Positions 21,196 to 30,687 of a stretch of DNA of 64,000 nucleotides are shown in pieces; positions within the stretch are counted from its first letter, which is position 1; each line of letters begins with the position of its first letter. Made by a program: the position numbers and the translations under genes. Below the pieces are notes generated by a model that was not told the origin of the DNA, made no database searches, and saw only the letters and a list, made by a program, of their open reading frames with translations. The DNA is from a virus: the IMG/VR virus record IMGVR_UViG_3300046665_000434, positions 1-64,000 of that record. One strand, written 5' to 3'.

Positions 21196-22305
21196 TCAGT
21201 GCTGCAAGCTGGCATTTGCATGCCGGAATGCGTTCTGGCAAATACTACCGGTAATCGGCAGTAGAGTGCGAGGACCAGCAGCGATTTGACGCACAGCCTT
21301 TGACAAGACCTGAGGTCCTACCATAGCCGTTTTACTGTTGATCCTTTTGCGCAGTGACTTGAGTTCAGCCACACCGCGCCTGAGCGCCAACTCCACGTCA
21401 CCCATGCTGTCAGCTACATCATCAAGCGCATTAGCCACTACGATGATATCGCTAGCACTCAGGAGAGGTGGACGATCGACAAGCACTGGCGTCCGGGTCA
21501 CGACAATCGATTGCTCAAGTGCCGTAGCTCCATCAGACAAGGTGATATCGTATCCTCCTGGCCACGGAGAAGTTCCTTTAGGGAAAAATACCCGATGGTT
21601 TTGCAGCCAAGCCTGATCGACAATCTCACCATGGTCTACACTGTAAGCGATTTCTCGGCCGAGTTTGTCGAACACATCTACCCAGTCTGTACCCAACGTC
21701 TTAATCAGATCGCCAGTGACCTTGAGAGCTCGCTGAGCAGACAATGTCACGCCATCTTGACGAAGGTAAGACGACCACGATGGAGAGCCTTGCATGTTGG
21801 ACTGGTAGCTTGTAGGAGGATTCGCCTTAACTCGCTCACGAAGCGTTACCGCCATCCTCATAACCGTCGCTCGAGTTTTACCCCAGCTGTTGATCAGATT
21901 GATGACGATATCAACCAACTTACCAAGCCCTTCCTTGAAAGCGTCCCACAGACGAACCAACAGATCCCGCCCTCGTTGTACCAGGGTAGGTCCGTTACTT
22001 TCCGCAGAGTAGTCTAGCGTAGACTTACTCAAGGTAAACCCATTCGCAGAGAAGATGGCATTGACACCACTCTCGTACTGACGGCGTGCTTCCACACTCC
22101 ACTCAGCATCCCCGATGGTATCGACGAATCGAGCATTCAGGGACTCGAGAGATTCTACAACATTGCCAATACTGACTACGGACTCAGAGACCTTATCGAA
22201 CTCATTATAGTCCACAGCCTCAGTCAGACCGACCTCATCTTCGAATGGAGTGACCTCCTCGATCTCGCCCGCATCGATTGCGTACTGTTCGAGAATGTCA
22301 CCCAT
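21196..22305 (-). CDS. phiKZ-type internal head protein paralog
   Basis: Acidic propeptide, SLE and SAE motifs, amphipathic helix LLVRLWDAFKE. Confidence 0.75.
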   Translation of the reverse strand: MGDILEQYAIDAGEIEEVTPFEDEVGLTEAVDYNEFDKVSESVVSIGNVVESLESLNARFVDTIGDAEWSVEARRQYESGVNAIFSANGFTLSKSTLDYSAESNGPTLVQRGRDLLVRLWDAFKEGLGKLVDIVINLINSWGKTRATVMRMAVTLRERVKANPPTSYQSNMQGSPSWSSYLRQDGVTLSAQRALKVTGDLIKTLGTDWVDVFDKLGREIAYSVDHGEIVDQAWLQNHRVFFPKGTSPWPGGYDITLSDGATALEQSIVVTRTPVLVDRPPLLSASDIIVVANALDDVADSMGDVELALRRGVAELKSLRKRINSKTAMVGPQVLSKAVRQIAAGPRTLLPITGSICQNAFRHANASLQH

Positions 22306-22308
22306 GAG

Positions 22309-23601
22309 TTACTCCTTACCGTCTTCTACGGTAGACTCGACGTCAGGGATGTGTTCGGCATGCTCTTTGGCGTCCTTGTCGTGAGCGCCACCACCAGCCT
22401 TGTGAGCTGCAACGCAGGCTTTGCCGTGAGCGAACGCCATCTTACCGGCGGAGCCCATGATACCTGCCAACTTCTGCGGATACAGGTTGGTGTTGGTGAT
22501 GATCGAAGTCATCCCCTTCAGGTCGCCTTTGTTCAACTTGCCGGCACTTGGCTCTTTCGATTTGGACTTCTCGGCAACGACCTTGACCAAGTCTTCGATC
22601 TTGGTGACACTCTTACTCACCAGATCCTCGATGTGCTTCATCGATTCGGCTACTTTACCGAGAGCAGTCGCCACGGACTTGATTTCGGCTACCGACATAA
22701 CGGCGATATCTTTAACCTTCTCGCCGCCGTCGTTCTTGACCTCGACCTTGACGCTGCTGAGCTTATCGACAGTACCAGCAAGACCAGCTGTACCGATACT
22801 GGAACTGACGACAGTTTCAACGCCACCCGCCCACTTCTTCTCGAACTTTTCCCAGTCGGTAGAAATGTGAAGTGTTTCGCCCAGAGGCTTGCCTTGCTGA
22901 ACCGTAGTCTTCACGGCAGTGGCAGCGTCCTCGAACAGTTTCAGCCATTCGCCGACAGAGACGAGTGCTGTAGCACCCAGGGTGTTCAGAGCTGATGCGC
23001 CATTGGTGGTGCCATTCAGATAAGCGAGATAACTCCCACCGACCTTACCTGGGGTCTTGGCATCACTCAGACCGGCGCATTGAGCCGACAGGTTCTTACC
23101 GGCCAGGGAGATGGCATCAGCCGACTTACCAAGCATGGTGAACCAGTTACGCGCTGATTTGATCCAGCTCTTGATGGCCTCGACGAATGCCTGATAAATA
23201 CGAGTCAGGAAGTTACCGGACTTCTCTTTCGATTCAGCGCGGTTTTCTTCGTTGGTCTGAGTCGTACTGGCGTCTTCGAACGAGGCGCAGTACATGCCGC
23301 GAGGAACACCGAGGCCAGCGGCGCCCAAGATGTTACTCATACCGACTTCGAATTGACGAGCAACGCGAGGGTTCCAGCTTTCAGCCGACACGGTATCGAA
23401 TACCGTACTGACGTAGGACTCGAGCGACTCGGTGATACCAGCCACCTGGTTAGCATTGCGAGACAAGCCATTGCATTCCACTTCAGCCGCAGTCAGATCC
23501 TCGTCGGTATCGGACAGTTGTTGCACCACTTCTTCAGTGGGTGATTCGTCGAGGATGACGGCAGATGCCGCCACCTGTAGCAGATCGTCATGAACGTTCA
23601 T
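22309..23601 (-). CDS. phiKZ-type internal head protein paralog
   Basis: ESLES, SFE, FLTRIYQAFVEAIK pattern shared with neighbours. Confidence 0.78.
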   Translation of the reverse strand: MNVHDDLLQVAASAVILDESPTEEVVQQLSDTDEDLTAAEVECNGLSRNANQVAGITESLESYVSTVFDTVSAESWNPRVARQFEVGMSNILGAAGLGVPRGMYCASFEDASTTQTNEENRAESKEKSGNFLTRIYQAFVEAIKSWIKSARNWFTMLGKSADAISLAGKNLSAQCAGLSDAKTPGKVGGSYLAYLNGTTNGASALNTLGATALVSVGEWLKLFEDAATAVKTTVQQGKPLGETLHISTDWEKFEKKWAGGVETVVSSSIGTAGLAGTVDKLSSVKVEVKNDGGEKVKDIAVMSVAEIKSVATALGKVAESMKHIEDLVSKSVTKIEDLVKVVAEKSKSKEPSAGKLNKGDLKGMTSIITNTNLYPQKLAGIMGSAGKMAFAHGKACVAAHKAGGGAHDKDAKEHAEHIPDVESTVEDGKE

Positions 23602-23619
23602 GATCTGTCCTTGTTGGGA

Positions 23620-24849
23620 TCAGGAATACCGACCAGCGGAGATATCGATATATCGAATACCTGCTCTGACCGTCTTCAGGAAATACGGAATAGTGGTGGT
23701 CCAACCCCAGGCGCTAATGGAACAGGCCTTGCTGAGGGACTGCATGGCTTTGCGCAACTCTGCCGCATCGGTGGTCTTGTCATTGGAGACATTGACACTC
23801 TTGGACAGTTTGCTGACTTTATCAGTCATGTTGGTGATGACGTCGATTTTCGTCTTGAGCTCTTTCATGACATTCATGGCAGAGACAGCCGTATCGATAC
23901 CGTGTTTCATCTCGTCTTTGGTCAAGATAGGAGCCATGTGGCTTTTGCTATCATTACCGCTGACGATATTCGTAGTCGCCGACAACAAAGGAATATCTCC
24001 CTTACCGCCTTTGAATTCGAGATAGTGATTCACGATGAACTCGATTCGGTTGTCAGAGGAATTCAGCACTGTTTTAGCAGCAGCCTCTTTCAACTTACCG
24101 ATGATGTCTTCGATTTGAGCCGTGCTACTCATTGACCAGCGCAGAGGAAACTCGACGACAGCTTTCCACTTGTTGCCCCATTCGGTAACGAAGTCCTCGT
24201 ACCGAGCAACCGTGTCGACCAGATGGCGATCCGGCGCCACCACTTGGTCATTCTTGCCGAGCATCCACTGAGTCTGACCACCGAGGTTCAATACGGCTTT
24301 AGGGTCTTTCAATTCACCCTTGACCGCACCTACCTTAGCCTTGACTTTGGTAGCGTACTCTTCGATAGCTTCAGCACTGACAGTGAGTTTGTTCCAGAAC
24401 GCTGTCAGCGATTCGACGATGGATTTCAGCGCATTGGCCAGCCACGTCATGATGCGCTTGATGAAACTCTCGGAGTTATCCTTGAGCTCAGTACTGTAAT
24501 TAGCACCAGACTCGAAAGACGGCACAACAAGAGATGCAGGGACCGGGATACCGGCCGCACGAAACAAGTTCTCGGTAGATACCTGAATGATTCTGGCAGC
24601 ATCTTCCGTGACGCCGTCCTCACCGAACGTTGCGATCGTCTTATCGACGATGTTTGACAGGGACTCAGATACACGGACACCTTTGGACACGTCATGTACT
24701 TGCTGATTGATGTTGTAAGCCACCCCATCAAGATCGATGAGGTGGTCACTGACGTCATCAGCCGACACAAGCTGTCCTTCGAAACTCAAGGCTTCGACAG
24801 GGCCAGGTAAATGAGCGTGTCCTGCCGGCTTTAGCAATACACTGCTCAT
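23620..24849 (-). CDS. phiKZ-type internal head protein paralog
   Basis: IPVPASLVVPSFE...YSTE...FIKRIMTW; clearly similar to 24864-26237. Confidence 0.78.
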   Translation of the reverse strand: MSSVLLKPAGHAHLPGPVEALSFEGQLVSADDVSDHLIDLDGVAYNINQQVHDVSKGVRVSESLSNIVDKTIATFGEDGVTEDAARIIQVSTENLFRAAGIPVPASLVVPSFESGANYSTELKDNSESFIKRIMTWLANALKSIVESLTAFWNKLTVSAEAIEEYATKVKAKVGAVKGELKDPKAVLNLGGQTQWMLGKNDQVVAPDRHLVDTVARYEDFVTEWGNKWKAVVEFPLRWSMSSTAQIEDIIGKLKEAAAKTVLNSSDNRIEFIVNHYLEFKGGKGDIPLLSATTNIVSGNDSKSHMAPILTKDEMKHGIDTAVSAMNVMKELKTKIDVITNMTDKVSKLSKSVNVSNDKTTDAAELRKAMQSLSKACSISAWGWTTTIPYFLKTVRAGIRYIDISAGRYS

Positions 24850-24863
24850 TTAGAGATCTCCTG

Positions 24864-26237
24864 TTAGGCGGCGTTCTTGTCGTTACCCAGCTTTTGCTGA
24901 TCGTCTTTCGACCCAGCAACGACGGTTTTCAGCTCACTTGGCTTGCCTTTGTACTGCGCAGCCGAAGCCGAGATGTAACGGATGTTGTTCTTCAGAACGT
25001 CGTTGTACGAGCTGATAACACTCGACCAGCCAGCCGAAACGATCGATGCGCTCGACACCATGGTCTGCGCGAAGCCACGGAGCTTCTTGGTGCCTTCAGG
25101 CGTGAAGCCTTGAGCGAAGCGGATGCTCGAACCGAAGTTGCGGACGCGGACAACAACTTTGTCCCACTCTTTGGTCTTCGTCTCGATGGTGTCAGACAGT
25201 CCCAGTCCGCGGATCACGTCATCGATACCCTCATCCATGTCTTTCAGGGACAGGGTAGGACCTTCTTTAGGGCCCTCGCCTTCGTTCTTGACCAGACGAT
25301 ACTTGGCGCCCGCCATTGGGTACTGGCCGTCGCTGCCGGTTTTGAATTCGACAGTGTGGGTCACGGTTGGCTTCAGGCCATTCAGGTGCTGGACACCGTT
25401 CTTGAACGCCGAGCTTCCGACAGCTTCGTTGAGGAAGCTATTCATGGCTTCAGGCGAAGCGAACGAGCTAGGAGCATTCAGATCACGAATAGCACCGAAC
25501 GCGCCGTCCCATGCCTTGGTGAAGGCTTGCAGCATGGTGGTGTTCTGCTTGATGTTCTCGCGAGGAGTGTGGACCGATTTGCCGTCGGTGGTGCAAGCAG
25601 CGCCCCAGATGGTCATCTTGACCTTGGCTTCCGTCGGATGACCTTCCAGACCATCGACCTTGGCCTTGACGCGTTCAGCGTAGGCTTTGAGCAGTTTGTT
25701 ACTGGCAACGATACGCGCCCAGAAGTTCTTCAGAGCTTCAACCATGGAGTTGAACGCTTTGACGATCCAGTCGACGATGCGTTGAATGAAGCCTTGTTTC
25801 TTTTCTTCGGCTTCAGTGCTGTACTCGATGCGAGTCTTGCCTTCGAACGACGGGACGACCATGCTTGCTGGGATGTTGATACCGGCAGCGATCAGGATCG
25901 ATTCAACCGACACGGTCAGCAGCGCAGCGCCTTGCTCGTCGATGCCGTTGTCGCCGTAGGCAGCGATGGTTTGGTCAACCACGTTCTCGACCGCACCGGC
26001 GACGTCAGCACCCTTGGCGATGTCGGCTGCGTGATCTTCGATCTCGTTGGAGATACTGGCGATGATCTCGGCATCGTTACTGACAGCTTCAGCCAGCTCT
26101 TCGGTTTGTTCGTGAAGTTCCTGGGCCGAAGTCGGCAGCGGCATTTCTTCGGTTTCAGTGATCGACGCAGGTGGAGTGTAGGTAACTTCGGCAGACTCTT
26201 TGCTGAGCCCGGCAAGCTGTTTCAGGACGGATGTCAT
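24864..26237 (-). CDS. phiKZ-type internal head protein paralog
   Basis: INIPASMVVPSFE...YSTE...FIQRIVDW; start moved to ATG 26237 after AGGA. Confidence 0.8.
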   Translation of the reverse strand: MTSVLKQLAGLSKESAEVTYTPPASITETEEMPLPTSAQELHEQTEELAEAVSNDAEIIASISNEIEDHAADIAKGADVAGAVENVVDQTIAAYGDNGIDEQGAALLTVSVESILIAAGINIPASMVVPSFEGKTRIEYSTEAEEKKQGFIQRIVDWIVKAFNSMVEALKNFWARIVASNKLLKAYAERVKAKVDGLEGHPTEAKVKMTIWGAACTTDGKSVHTPRENIKQNTTMLQAFTKAWDGAFGAIRDLNAPSSFASPEAMNSFLNEAVGSSAFKNGVQHLNGLKPTVTHTVEFKTGSDGQYPMAGAKYRLVKNEGEGPKEGPTLSLKDMDEGIDDVIRGLGLSDTIETKTKEWDKVVVRVRNFGSSIRFAQGFTPEGTKKLRGFAQTMVSSASIVSAGWSSVISSYNDVLKNNIRYISASAAQYKGKPSELKTVVAGSKDDQQKLGNDKNAA

Positions 26238-26373
26238 GGGTGTTTTCCTATGCTGGGGTACGGTCAAAATATACGTCGATCGTCAGTTATATGAAAACTA
26301 AAAATAACCGACCTTATAAACGTTCGGACTACGCCATTAAAATTGCTGAAACGCCGTCCACATAGGATCGATC

Positions 26374-26985
26374 ATGATTACCAAACGGGTAGCGGTCATC
26401 GGGTCAAGAGAGACCCCAGATTTCGAATTGAAGCTAACAAAAGCCTTCGTCAACATCCTGGTAGAATGTGGATACGCCATCTATTCAGGAGGATGTCCCA
26501 AGGGAATGGATAAAGCTGCCCTAGAAGGCGCCTACAAACACAAGACCTCCGACAAGTCGAAGAACCGTATCTATATTCCTTGGCAAGGCTCGGCAGGCCT
26601 CAAACACAATCCTGCGATGGGTATCTACGATGCTACCGCGTTTGATAACCATGACGTAGCAGTCATCATGGCGACTCTGGCCCGCGGATCGTTTGAAGGC
26701 TTGAATGAATGGGGACAGAAACTCCACGCACGAAATCCCTACCAGGTCATGGGCGATGATCTGGCTACTGCCGTAGACTTCGTTCTGTGTTACGCCAAAC
26801 CAACCGGTAAGGGCGGTCATGTGAAAGGCGGTACTGGCACCGCTGTTCGGATCGCCATTGAGCATGGTATCAAAGTCTACAATCTGTACTATCAAGATGT
26901 GCGTGAGCGCGTCGAAGAGATAGTTCTCAACGTAAGGCTGCATCAGAGAGACAAGGCTAAGAAGGAAACGCGTAATGTTGCGTGA
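26374..26985 (+). CDS. SLOG-superfamily (DprA/Smf-like) protein
   Basis: VAVIGSRETP, SGGCPKGMD, LHARN, GGTGTAV motifs. Confidence 0.8.
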   Translation: MITKRVAVIGSRETPDFELKLTKAFVNILVECGYAIYSGGCPKGMDKAALEGAYKHKTSDKSKNRIYIPWQGSAGLKHNPAMGIYDATAFDNHDVAVIMATLARGSFEGLNEWGQKLHARNPYQVMGDDLATAVDFVLCYAKPTGKGGHVKGGTGTAVRIAIEHGIKVYNLYYQDVRERVEEIVLNVRLHQRDKAKKETRNVA

Positions 26986-27427
26986 AGTCAATGGCGACTT
27001 GTTGAAGTCAACGCCACATGGCAGTCTGTTAGGCATCCCTGTCAATACGGTAGGAGTTGCCGGCAAGGGCTTGGCATGCTACATGAAGATCGCTTGGCCT
27101 GAACAGTATAAACGGTACTGCAAAGACTGTAAACGCGGCCGTATAGCGACTGGAGAGCTCTGTGTCTACGATCATCCCAAGTTCCAGCTGGCGATGCTAC
27201 CAACCAAGTTCTACTGGGGTAATCCGTCAGACCTGGACCTGATCAAGGTGACGCTTACCAGATTGCTCAAGCACATGAAAGATCATTCCATCTCGGTCTG
27301 TTATCTACCACAGATCGGATGCGGTGAAAGAACGGGAGGGTTGGATTACCTGACCGAAGTCAAGCCCGTCATCGAAGAGGTCTTTGGTAGCGAAGAGAAA
27401 TTCGATGTCGTGGTCTATTCCTGGTAG
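26975..27427 (+). CDS. Macrodomain (DarG/Poa1p/TARG1-like ADP-ribose glycohydrolase)
   Basis: GDLL, PVNTVGVAGKGLA, LPTK, PQIGCG..GGLD. Confidence 0.85.
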   Translation: MLREVNGDLLKSTPHGSLLGIPVNTVGVAGKGLACYMKIAWPEQYKRYCKDCKRGRIATGELCVYDHPKFQLAMLPTKFYWGNPSDLDLIKVTLTRLLKHMKDHSISVCYLPQIGCGERTGGLDYLTEVKPVIEEVFGSEEKFDVVVYSW

Positions 27428-27454
27428 ACTTTACCAACACTGAGGTAAGTATAA

Positions 27455-27961
27455 ATGTCAAACAAGGTCGAGACACTCTACCGTTATGGAGAGGTTGTGC
27501 GGACATTGACAGAAGCTATGGTTAGGGCCAAATCCAACGGCATTAACTTTAAAGAGAACTACCCGCCGATCCACTGGCTCCAGGACTACTGTACGATTGG
27601 GTTTACCGCCGTGAGACAGAGCGGTAAGTCGCGAACAGGGCTACATCTGCTCGAAGAAAACCCAACCGCTATCTTAGTGGTTAGAGACCAGATCACTAAA
27701 CAATGGATGTTGGACAAGTTCTTCCGAGAAGAGCACAACGGAAAAGTCAACAAATCCTTGGCAGACAGGGTCCGAATTGTTTATCAGTTACAGCGAGAAA
27801 TAAATCGTACTGTAGATGATGTGAAAACGCCATGGCCATTCTTCGATTACATCATCGTCGAGGACAGCTATATAGCTTTCGAGAAAGTAAGGCGTAACAA
27901 ATTCTACGGATGGTTAGTAAACAGGAACATACCTGACCCGACCATCCTTCTGATTAGTTGA
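27455..27961 (+). CDS. Small P-loop-like protein
   Basis: RQSGKS Walker A-like and YIIVED Walker B-like motifs. Confidence 0.55.
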   Translation: MSNKVETLYRYGEVVRTLTEAMVRAKSNGINFKENYPPIHWLQDYCTIGFTAVRQSGKSRTGLHLLEENPTAILVVRDQITKQWMLDKFFREEHNGKVNKSLADRVRIVYQLQREINRTVDDVKTPWPFFDYIIVEDSYIAFEKVRRNKFYGWLVNRNIPDPTILLIS

Positions 27962-27975
27962 GGGAGCGAACGTTC

Positions 27976-28320
27976 ATGTCTTCTGTCAGTAGCACTATTC
28001 CGCTGGTCAGCCACACTGCTATCCCGTTTCCATCGAAGTACTCTTCATTGCGAGGCGATCGGTCTAACCTACCATCCCCTAGCCAACAGTACCTGTCTGG
28101 CCCTGATGCTGAGAAGTATCGAGTCGAATACAAACAACCGGGTCCTGGAAAGAACGTCAGTGTAGAACGGTTCGTAGTGTTCGGTGCAGAGGAAGATACT
28201 CTGTACGCAGAAGTGCTACTGTCTAGAAGCCGCTCCAACTTCTACATCAATCTCGGACTATTCGAGCCTGATGTTAAGCGGAAGATCAGCGAGCTCAGCC
28301 TCAACCTCGTCTTCGAGTGA
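27976..28320 (+). CDS. Hypothetical protein
   Basis: ATG 27976 after GGAG; ends before hairpin. Confidence 0.6.
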   Translation: MSSVSSTIPLVSHTAIPFPSKYSSLRGDRSNLPSPSQQYLSGPDAEKYRVEYKQPGPGKNVSVERFVVFGAEEDTLYAEVLLSRSRSNFYINLGLFEPDVKRKISELSLNLVFE

Positions 28321-28325
28321 TAGAG

Positions 28326-28355
28326 CATAGACGGCGGGTAATCCCGCCGTCTATG
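28326..28355 (+). terminator. Intergenic hairpin
   Basis: CATAGACGGCGGG-TAAT-CCCGCCGTCTATG. Confidence 0.75.
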
Positions 28356-28377
28356 TCGTCGTATAATCAAAAATTCT

Positions 28378-28400
28378 ACAGTCATACATTGTCGCCATGA
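28378..28400 (+). promoter_or_regulatory. Putative early promoter (ATACATTA family)
   Basis: ACAGTCATACATTGTCGCCATGA after AT-rich tract. Confidence 0.6.
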
Positions 28401-28429
28401 ACCAACATCAACCACCGACTGAGTCAGTC

Positions 28430-28708
28430 ATGAATAAGTTCAAACATGAGCTCCCTTACGTAGAAGCTATCGTGAATGCGGTAATGCGTAAGGGCGTACA
28501 ACACGCCCGCATTATCAAGAACGGTAAGCTGGGTATCTACAAACTCGATCGACTGACAGTTGTCGGTTATATCGACCGCGAAGACGTTGTCTACGAGATT
28601 GTCATGCGCAACGGTTCCCCGATCACTACCGATCTTCTGATCAAACAATTTCAAGCGCTGGTAGAAGAAGTAAAGTTCTCGGTGAACAACACTAACTACC
28701 TTAGCTAA
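28430..28708 (+). CDS. Hypothetical protein
   Basis: ORF downstream of promoter motif; start uncertain (28397 or 28430). Confidence 0.6.
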   Translation: MNKFKHELPYVEAIVNAVMRKGVQHARIIKNGKLGIYKLDRLTVVGYIDREDVVYEIVMRNGSPITTDLLIKQFQALVEEVKFSVNNTNYLS

Positions 28709-28731
28709 CCTTATTTCTGGAGTATCGAAAT

Positions 28732-28875
28732 ATGAACATCAAACAATTTCGTCTGTTGTTGATTGGCATGGTCATCGGCATTGCACTGACCTGCGGTTTG
28801 ACTTCCGGTATTTTCAATGAAGCCGGTCAATACAAAGAATCCCTCACCGCGTGGTGTGGTATCAGCTGTAAGTAA
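28732..28875 (+). CDS. 47 aa membrane peptide
   Basis: Below ORF-track cutoff; GGAG RBS; MNIKQFRLLLIGMVIGIALTCG... Confidence 0.55.
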   Translation: MNIKQFRLLLIGMVIGIALTCGLTSGIFNEAGQYKESLTAWCGISCK

Positions 28876-28912
28876 AAACGTGGTGCGCTGTAGAAACGTA
28901 ATCAAATAAACT

Positions 28913-28935
28913 ATGCCGATACATTATTAGCATAG
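28913..28935 (+). promoter_or_regulatory. Putative early promoter (ATACATTA family)
   Basis: GATACATTATTAG after AT-rich tract. Confidence 0.55.
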
Positions 28936-28974
28936 ATGTGCGCCATCTTTTATATCCCAATTCGGAGAAACGCC

Positions 28975-29070
28975 ATGAAAGGTTTCCTGATTCAATGCGC
29001 TGTAGGTATTGTGGTAGTTGTAGCTTCCTCCCTGATCATGGATGAGATCAATCGGCGCCGTAGCCGCTGA
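28975..29070 (+). CDS. 31 aa membrane peptide
   Basis: GGAG RBS; MKGFLIQCAVGIVVVVASSLIMDEINRRRSR. Confidence 0.55.
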   Translation: MKGFLIQCAVGIVVVVASSLIMDEINRRRSR

Positions 29071-29112
29071 TCCTCCACTGTAAAACAAATCCCCCACGCA
29101 AGGAATATTGAA

Positions 29113-29457
29113 ATGAAAACTCTCGGTAAAGTAGTTCTCGCTATACTCGTCGTTGCTGCAAGCATCCGCTTCCTGTCGTTCATCACCAGCTTCGACTGGG
29201 CCGTCGCGATCTTCATCGCCGTCTGCGCTGTGGCTAGCTACGGCTGCCTTTACTACATCGTCGGTGATTACCAGCAGTCGCTCACTGTCCTCGCTGAAAG
29301 CCTGACGGGCGACTGGATCAAAGACTGGGGTAGCACTATTCTGGTCGTTGGTATCTTCCTCGGCCTCGGCATGTACTGGTCGGTGGTCACTATGCTCATC
29401 GGCTCGGCCGTGTTCTGCTACATGATCAGCACTCGCCGTATAGCGGCGTTCGGGTAA
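29113..29457 (+). CDS. Small multi-pass membrane protein
   Basis: 114 aa, several hydrophobic helices, AAGGA RBS. Confidence 0.7.
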   Translation: MKTLGKVVLAILVVAASIRFLSFITSFDWAVAIFIAVCAVASYGCLYYIVGDYQQSLTVLAESLTGDWIKDWGSTILVVGIFLGLGMYWSVVTMLIGSAVFCYMISTRRIAAFG

Positions 29458-29466
29458 AGATATGTA

Positions 29467-29506
29467 GAGGGGTCAAACGACCCCTCGTCACTCTTTCTTT
29501 TTTTTT
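29467..29506 (+). terminator. Rho-independent terminator
   Basis: GAGGGGTC-AAAC-GACCCCTC plus T tract. Confidence 0.7.
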
Positions 29507-29524
29507 GTTCTGGGGAACGAGAAG

Positions 29525-30586
29525 ATGCCTAGCAAAAGTAAGGCTCAATACAAATTGATGCAGATCGCATCCTACAACAAAGACTTTGCTGAGAACCGCG
29601 GCATCGACATGGACGCTGCTAAAGAATGGCACGCTGAAGATAAAAAGAAAGAAAAAGAAGATCCGGCGTGGTTCAATAAACTGCCCGAAAAGGCTGAGTC
29701 TGAAACTGCTAAAAAGAAGAAAAAGAAGAAGCGTAAGAAACGCACTGCGGCGCTGTCTACCGAAAGCCGCAAGATCTACGATCTCCTGGGCTGGGGACAA
29801 GCTACTCCGTCGATGGAAGGCGGCCTGATCAGTAAGCTGGTCGGTATCTTCAAATCGGTGGAGGATCAGGACAAAGATCCTGAAGAGCTCGGTAAGCTCA
29901 GCCGTGACCCTAAACTGTTCACTGGCGATGATCTCAAAGCCGGCAAGATCAATATCGGTAAGGCGGCAAGTCATCTGTGCATGCCTAACTTCAGTGGCAG
30001 TTGGCTTAACGATCTGGAAGCCGGGGTTAAGGAAGTCAACGACTACTTCCAGAAGTTCACCAAGGCTCGTGGAGCTTACTCGGTCGCTCTGGAACGCATC
30101 TACAACAAGTGCAAGACCATGGAGCCTAAAGCTGCCTTAGAGTACGCCAAAGGCGCTGTGGAAGCCGAGAAGACCAAACTCGACAAGGTTGCCCCTCCGG
30201 TATTCAAACATACCAACCTGACTTCGAATCTGGCCGGTGAACACGGTTATAAGTTCGAGAAGAAGGGCGAGGGAGTTGGACCATCTGAGATCGATGCTCT
30301 CACTGAACCAGAACTGCGTAAGGCTATCGCGTTACTCGATCAGTTGTTTGAGATCGATGTCTGGAGTTTCGATGCTGATGAAGACTACTGGACACTCGAC
30401 GATACCGACGACTATCGTTGGTGGGATCACAATCATCCTGATGATGAAGCTGTTTGGGGCAAGCTGTTGAACCTGTTCCCGGCCGCCGGCGAGTACTTCG
30501 AGTACGATTACGAGAAGTGGATCAATCCAATGATCGAATCTCGTCGTAATGGTTTGTTGTCTATCATTCGTTCCAGTGTGAAGTGA
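29525..30586 (+). CDS. Putative processed head protein with basic N-terminal region
   Basis: Poly-Lys/Arg tract followed by STE and SMEG motifs. Confidence 0.6.
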   Translation: MPSKSKAQYKLMQIASYNKDFAENRGIDMDAAKEWHAEDKKKEKEDPAWFNKLPEKAESETAKKKKKKKRKKRTAALSTESRKIYDLLGWGQATPSMEGGLISKLVGIFKSVEDQDKDPEELGKLSRDPKLFTGDDLKAGKINIGKAASHLCMPNFSGSWLNDLEAGVKEVNDYFQKFTKARGAYSVALERIYNKCKTMEPKAALEYAKGAVEAEKTKLDKVAPPVFKHTNLTSNLAGEHGYKFEKKGEGVGPSEIDALTEPELRKAIALLDQLFEIDVWSFDADEDYWTLDDTDDYRWWDHNHPDDEAVWGKLLNLFPAAGEYFEYDYEKWINPMIESRRNGLLSIIRSSVK

Positions 30587-30587
30587 T

Positions 30588-30620
30588 ATAAGGCGGGGCG
30601 TGAGTCCCGCTGTATGCCGT
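30588..30620 (+). terminator. Imperfect hairpin of the ATACAGCGGGGC family
   Basis: GCGGGGC-GTGA-GTCCCGCTGTATGCCGT. Confidence 0.65.
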
Positions 30621-30628
30621 AGATAATT

Positions 30629-30651
30629 TAAATGATACATTACAGTACTGC
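30629..30651 (+). promoter_or_regulatory. Putative early promoter (ATACATTA family)
   Basis: TAAATGATACATTACAGTACTGC. Confidence 0.6.
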
Positions 30652-30687
30652 ATTATGAAACATTCATCCAACCAAGAGAGATCAACC

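Noticed and set aside
23590-23601. Identical MNVHD starts on both strands
   Set aside because: Consequence of the 12 bp palindrome ATGAACGTTCAT at the start codon; only the minus-strand gene has an RBS and family motifs
24894-26294. Long antisense ORFs (also 11290-12540, 16222-17298, 35843-37273, 54187-55212)
   Set aside because: They mirror strongly codon-biased real genes, which removes stops on the opposite strand; no RBS or protein-like motifs
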